Origin: Ignavibacteriales bacterium
GTDB taxonomy: Bacteria; Bacteroidota; Ignavibacteria; UBA10030; UBA6906
NCBI GenBank assembly: GCA_037441705.1
Contig: JBBIRR010000005.1
Coordinates: 36,265 to 100,264 of the forward strand
Direction: 5' to 3'
DNA: 64,000 bases
Numbering within the stretch: position 1 is the first letter of the stretch; every line of letters begins with the position of its first letter. Positions 60,241-64,000 of the stretch are shown piece by piece. The position numbers and the translations under genes were made by a program. The notes beneath the pieces were generated by a model. It was not told the origin of the DNA and made no database searches. It worked only from the letters and a program-made list of their open reading frames with translations.

Positions 60241-60924
60241 CTACAGGTACCGAGCCTTGAACTTCTCATAATCGTTGATGATGAGTTTTCCCCGCTCCAG
60301 CTCCAGGTAGCCTTCACGAATATAGGCATGAATCATCCGGGAGATGGTTTCGCGAGAGGTGCCCGCCATGTTGGCGAGGTCTTGCTGAAGCGGCAGCTCA
60401 TCGATTTCTACGCGGCCTTTGCGGATCTTGCCGATGTCGTCGGCAAGCTGGAGAATAACGTTGGCGACTCTGCCGGCCGCATCCTTCAGCGAGAGACTCT
60501 TGATCTGCGCATCCGCTTTGCGCAGGCGCATCGTCAGCTCTTTCAACAACGCGATAGCAACGGAAGGGAAGTCGTGAAGAAGTTTGAGGAAATCTCGCCG
60601 ATGGATCATGAACAACTCGGATTTTTGAATCGCCACGACGCTTGCCGAGCGGGCCAGTCCGTCGAGAATGGCCATCTCCCCAAAGAAATCGCTTTCGCCG
60701 AGAATCGAGAGAATCACCTCGCGCCCGTCGTCGTCCATGCGAACGACTTTCACCTTTCCCGAAATGATCACAAACAGCGCCGCCCCTGCTTCCTCTTCCA
60801 ACAAGATGATACTGCCTTTCTTATACTTCTTTCGAACCCCGACGCGTGCAATCGTATCGAGATCCATCAAGTCCAGGTCGCACAAAATCGGGACGTTCTT
60901 GAGGAACTCCAGTTCATCTTTCAT
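60241..60924 (-). CDS. Crp/Fnr family transcriptional regulator (cAMP-binding type)
   Basis: FFGEMAILDGLARSASV phosphate-binding cassette; HTH GTSRETISR. Confidence 0.93.
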   Translation of the reverse strand: MKDELEFLKNVPILCDLDLMDLDTIARVGVRKKYKKGSIILLEEEAGAALFVIISGKVKVVRMDDDGREVILSILGESDFFGEMAILDGLARSASVVAIQKSELFMIHRRDFLKLLHDFPSVAIALLKELTMRLRKADAQIKSLSLKDAAGRVANVILQLADDIGKIRKGRVEIDELPLQQDLANMAGTSRETISRMIHAYIREGYLELERGKLIINDYEKFKARYL

Positions 60925-60983
60925 TGTGGGATTCAGGGTGACCTCTCAGAATGAGTTGTTTGTGCGGCGGCAAAGTCGTTCAA

Positions 60984-61012
60984 AATATAGCCGCTTACGG
61001 TTTCAAAGTCAA
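60984..61012 (-). promoter_or_regulatory. sigma70-type promoter of crp-like gene
   Basis: Minus strand TTGACT-N17-TATATT, same hexamers as at 56048-56076. Confidence 0.7.
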
Positions 61013-61043
61013 GAAAGCGCTTGGAGGGGCGGGGCATTTTGAC

Positions 61044-61826
61044 CTACTCCGTGAGGATGAAGTACGTGAAAAGGCCGAGACTCAGTTGTGTAGCCGCCAG
61101 GGCAATGCCGGCAGCGGTGTCTAAACGGTTCACTTCCGCAAGGTCGTTCGGATTGCCCGTTCTGACATACTTGCTGTAGATGTTATCGGCCTTCACCTTG
61201 AAGTAGGCAGATGCGGCGCCGGCAAGTACTGTTGTGGCTCCCGTAATGTAGAGGCGAAGAGAAGAGCCGTTACCCTCCGAGTCTTTGAAAATTGATTCTT
61301 CCGGCGTGCTCGTCCATATCTTCTTCAGGCCGGTTGCGAGAATTCCCCGTGCAGCCTGTGAGATGTCGAGCGTCGTGTCCGCGTATCCCATCTTCTGTAA
61401 TCGCAATGGGCCGGAGATGCCGCGCACCACCAACGGCGTTGTGCCGATCAGGGAATCGCCGAAAAATACCGCGGCGTCCGAGGGTGTTGAGACAATCAAC
61501 AGCTTGGGTGAGAACGCGTAGCGCTTGGTCTGCGCAGCGCCCGCGGCGATATCGATCGTGTCGAGAAGTGGGTCCACCAGCCAGTTCGATGCCTCGCGAG
61601 GTACAAGGCGAAGGTGTCGTCTTCCGACATACGACGAGGGGACCGTGCACGGTGTGACTCCCACGCTATCGCCGTCGAGGAAAACAACGGCGCCCGGCAT
61701 GTCCGCTTCGATCGTGAGAGAGGCGAGTGAGTTGGTTTGGACCGCACTCGTATCGTGTGGCCCTTGTGCCGCGGCAGACGTGCACGCGATGAGTAAAACC
61801 GCCAGTATCCGCATGATGTCCCTCAT
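61044..61826 (-). CDS. PEGA domain protein with C-terminal hydrophobic segments
   Basis: Two PEGA repeats (PGAVVFLDG..VGVTP; STPSDA.VF....IGTTP); signal peptide. Confidence 0.8.
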   Translation of the reverse strand: MRDIMRILAVLLIACTSAAAQGPHDTSAVQTNSLASLTIEADMPGAVVFLDGDSVGVTPCTVPSSYVGRRHLRLVPREASNWLVDPLLDTIDIAAGAAQTKRYAFSPKLLIVSTPSDAAVFFGDSLIGTTPLVVRGISGPLRLQKMGYADTTLDISQAARGILATGLKKIWTSTPEESIFKDSEGNGSSLRLYITGATTVLAGAASAYFKVKADNIYSKYVRTGNPNDLAEVNRLDTAAGIALAATQLSLGLFTYFILTE

Positions 61827-62980
61827 CCTCCTGATCTCACGGGCTGGAATGCGAGTACCATTCTGTCGTCAGTTGCGACGAACAAACGCCCGCGCGCCAC
61901 GGCGGGTGACGTCTTGATTCTTCCATTCAGCGTTTGCTTCCAGACGTTGGAGCCGTCTTGCATCCGAAGCGCGCACAGTTCCTTCTTCAGCGTTCCGACG
62001 TATGCGATGTCTCCGGAAATGACGGCGGATGAATTGATGACGCTGTTGAACTCCACGCTCCATTTCATCGAGCCGTCGGCAGCATTCAATGCCAGCAGTT
62101 TTCCTCCCGTCGTTCCGATCACAACGACATTGTCCGAGAATGATGCGGCAGCATAGATTGCCGCTCCGGTGGAAACCTGCCACCGTTTCGTTCCCGTCTG
62201 AGCATCCAGCGCGAGGAACTCGCCCGCTACGTTGCCGACGAAGACCACACCATGGTTGATTGCGGTCGGAGCAAAAACGGGTGCGCCGGTGTCGTAGCTC
62301 CATTGTTCTCGGCCGGTTGTAGCGTCGAGCGCGTAGATGCTTCCATCCTCGGCGCCAAAGATGATGAGGTTCTCGAACGCCGCTGCCGAGGAACGAATGC
62401 CTTTGCGTTTGCGGTTGTCGGGGAGGCGAAAACTCCACTCACGATCGCCTTCGTGTCGCTCGACGCAATGGAAGACGCCTGCCGTTGTCCCAAAGTAGAG
62501 CTTGTCGTTGAGCAGGAGGGGCGATACTTCAATATCACCGTAGTCGCGCTTCCAGCGTATTTTTCCCTCCGAAACGTCGAATGCAATAAGCGACTCGCGC
62601 GAGTTTGCACAGGCGACATACACCACGCTGCCGGAAACGGCGGGGGAGCCGTGAATGCCGTCGCCGAGCGAAACCCATCCCAAGCGCTTGCCGGTGAATG
62701 CATTGAGCACATACAATTCGCCGCGCAGATTGGTGACGACAACATTCGAGTCGATAACGATGGGCGAGCCGTAGCCCATGCCGCTGGAAATATCCTGTTC
62801 CCACACGAGCGACAGCGGTGGCTCGACCCGCTCGTCCGTTGCGTTGATGCGTGCGGGCGTTCGTCCAAACATGGGCCAGTCCCGATCACCCGGTCTCAAC
62901 GGTTGGTCGAGTTTCAGGCCCGCGCAGCCGATCAGCAGGGCGAGCGTCAGGAGCGGAATTGGTGTTGGTAAAACTCTCAT
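61823..62980 (-). CDS. PQQ-like beta-propeller lipoprotein (BamB-like)
   Basis: Lipobox LIGC, WPMFG, repeated ALDAxTG..W blades. Confidence 0.82.
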   Translation of the reverse strand: MRVLPTPIPLLTLALLIGCAGLKLDQPLRPGDRDWPMFGRTPARINATDERVEPPLSLVWEQDISSGMGYGSPIVIDSNVVVTNLRGELYVLNAFTGKRLGWVSLGDGIHGSPAVSGSVVYVACANSRESLIAFDVSEGKIRWKRDYGDIEVSPLLLNDKLYFGTTAGVFHCVERHEGDREWSFRLPDNRKRKGIRSSAAAFENLIIFGAEDGSIYALDATTGREQWSYDTGAPVFAPTAINHGVVFVGNVAGEFLALDAQTGTKRWQVSTGAAIYAAASFSDNVVVIGTTGGKLLALNAADGSMKWSVEFNSVINSSAVISGDIAYVGTLKKELCALRMQDGSNVWKQTLNGRIKTSPAVARGRLFVATDDRMVLAFQPVRSGG

Positions 62981-62982
62981 TT

Positions 62983-63999
62983 CTAAAAATCCCACCCAAA
63001 AAAGAATTGATGGAACAGTCCCTGCTGAAATCTTGTGAAGTTGTTTTCGATGCGCTTGCCGATGTCGTAGCGCAGAACAAGGACGCCGCCGAAGTTCATG
63101 CGGATGCCGCCGCCGACGCTGCCGAGAGTTTCGCGATACTTATCGTCCCACGCGCTGCCGGCGTCGAAGAAGAGCGCGCCGCGCAGCGATGAGAACACGA
63201 TGCCGCCGAACGGAAACTGCAGCGCTAACGCATCGAGGAACGGGAAGCGCAGCTCATGACTGGTGAGCCACAGCTTTTCGCCGCGGATGCTCCATCGCGG
63301 CCAGCCGCGCAAGTCCCAGCTTCCGCCCATCACGAAGCGTCGCGCCTCTCGTCCGCCGTTGTACCACAGCCAGTAGCGCATGGCATACGCACTGCGCTGC
63401 GACAGCCGCAGGTAATCCCGATAGTCGAAAATGATCGAGTAGTAGTTGGCGTTCGAGTACTGAATATCCGAAGTGTATGCGAGAGTGATGCTGAAGCGGC
63501 TTCCATCGAGCGGTCCGCTCGGTCCCCACAGCGAGTTGTCGTGGACGAACGCCAGCGAGTTGGAAAGGAACAGCGCCTTCCGATCTTCGATTCTCAGGTC
63601 GGCATCTTTGTTCGAGTTGCTGAGGCTGACTGAAGCCTCGATCCGCTGGAATTTTGTGAGCGGATAGCTGAGGGCAAAGTATCCGCCGAAGACGCGCTCG
63701 TAGAAAAACTCGTCGCGGTCGGTGAGATCATATCGCCTGCCCGTGAAGCGGTAGATGCCGTACGCGTAGCTGGTCCGCTGGGCGAGAGAGATGCGCGACA
63801 CGGCGACATTGAAACTGGACAGCAGCTCGTCCTGTGTTTGCGCCGTGTTGTAGAGCAGGAAATAGTACTGATCATTGCCCAGAAGGTCGCTGAGCGCTAT
63901 TGCCGCACCGCCCGATGTACCGAAGACCGGATCGGTCGAGATGGCGCTTTGCGCGATGTCCAGACTGTACTCGCCCTCGTATTTGTAGCGCTTGATTTC
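62983..63999 (-). CDS. Omp85/BamA-TamA family barrel, C-terminal part (5' end outside window)
   Basis: DLRGW, ELRFP, GALFFDAGSAW, LRYD, terminal GWDF; frame open to the window end. Confidence 0.82.
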   Translation of the reverse strand, partial: EIKRYKYEGEYSLDIAQSAISTDPVFGTSGGAAIALSDLLGNDQYYFLLYNTAQTQDELLSSFNVAVSRISLAQRTSYAYGIYRFTGRRYDLTDRDEFFYERVFGGYFALSYPLTKFQRIEASVSLSNSNKDADLRIEDRKALFLSNSLAFVHDNSLWGPSGPLDGSRFSITLAYTSDIQYSNANYYSIIFDYRDYLRLSQRSAYAMRYWLWYNGGREARRFVMGGSWDLRGWPRWSIRGEKLWLTSHELRFPFLDALALQFPFGGIVFSSLRGALFFDAGSAWDDKYRETLGSVGGGIRMNFGGVLVLRYDIGKRIENNFTRFQQGLFHQFFFGWDF

Positions 64000-64000
64000 T

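Noticed and set aside
1-64000. CRISPR arrays, rRNA, tRNA, transposases, integrases, prophage genes
   Set aside because: No spaced direct repeats or relevant protein motifs seen by eye; the largest intergenic gaps are only about 260 nt.

Overview
A gene-dense bacterial chromosomal window (moderately GC-rich by eye) with about 63 CDSs. I found no rRNA, tRNA, CRISPR array, integrase or transposase. Several features point to an Ignavibacteria-like (Bacteroidota/Chlorobiota-related) organism, which is an inference: five secreted proteins ending in a T9SS sorting domain (QNYPNPFNP), a porZ homologue, DUF3276, MGQQQ-type pilin-like proteins, normal Shine-Dalgarno sites and TTGACT-N17-TATATT promoters. 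Contents in order: M61 peptidase, AsnB-like amide ligase and TonB receptor; comM plus a pilin-like gene; icd; a split M16 peptidase pair; four tandem T9SS cargo genes; a three-gene pilin-like operon with a sigma54-type promoter; dusB, a DpgA-like type III PKS and a flavin reductase; polX, ferredoxin, a frameshifted DUF4258/YgiT toxin-antitoxin-like pair, nth and a Rieske protein; a group 3b [NiFe]-hydrogenase operon with maturation protease, a Cys-less HypC paralogue and a glutamine synthetase family gene; M1 peptidase; the yceD-rpmF-plsX-fab-acpP-rnc operon; porZ, ribH, Crp and a BamA/BamB-like envelope cluster. Best leads: (1) nearly leaderless type IV pilin-like proteins behind a sigma54 promoter, (2) a frame-preserving 7-bp tandem repeat expansion inside a T9SS sorting domain, (3) an orphan DpgA-like PKS with an altered gatekeeper residue, (4) the degenerate HypC coupled to a GlnA-like gene. 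All family calls come from motif recognition by eye; no database search was run.
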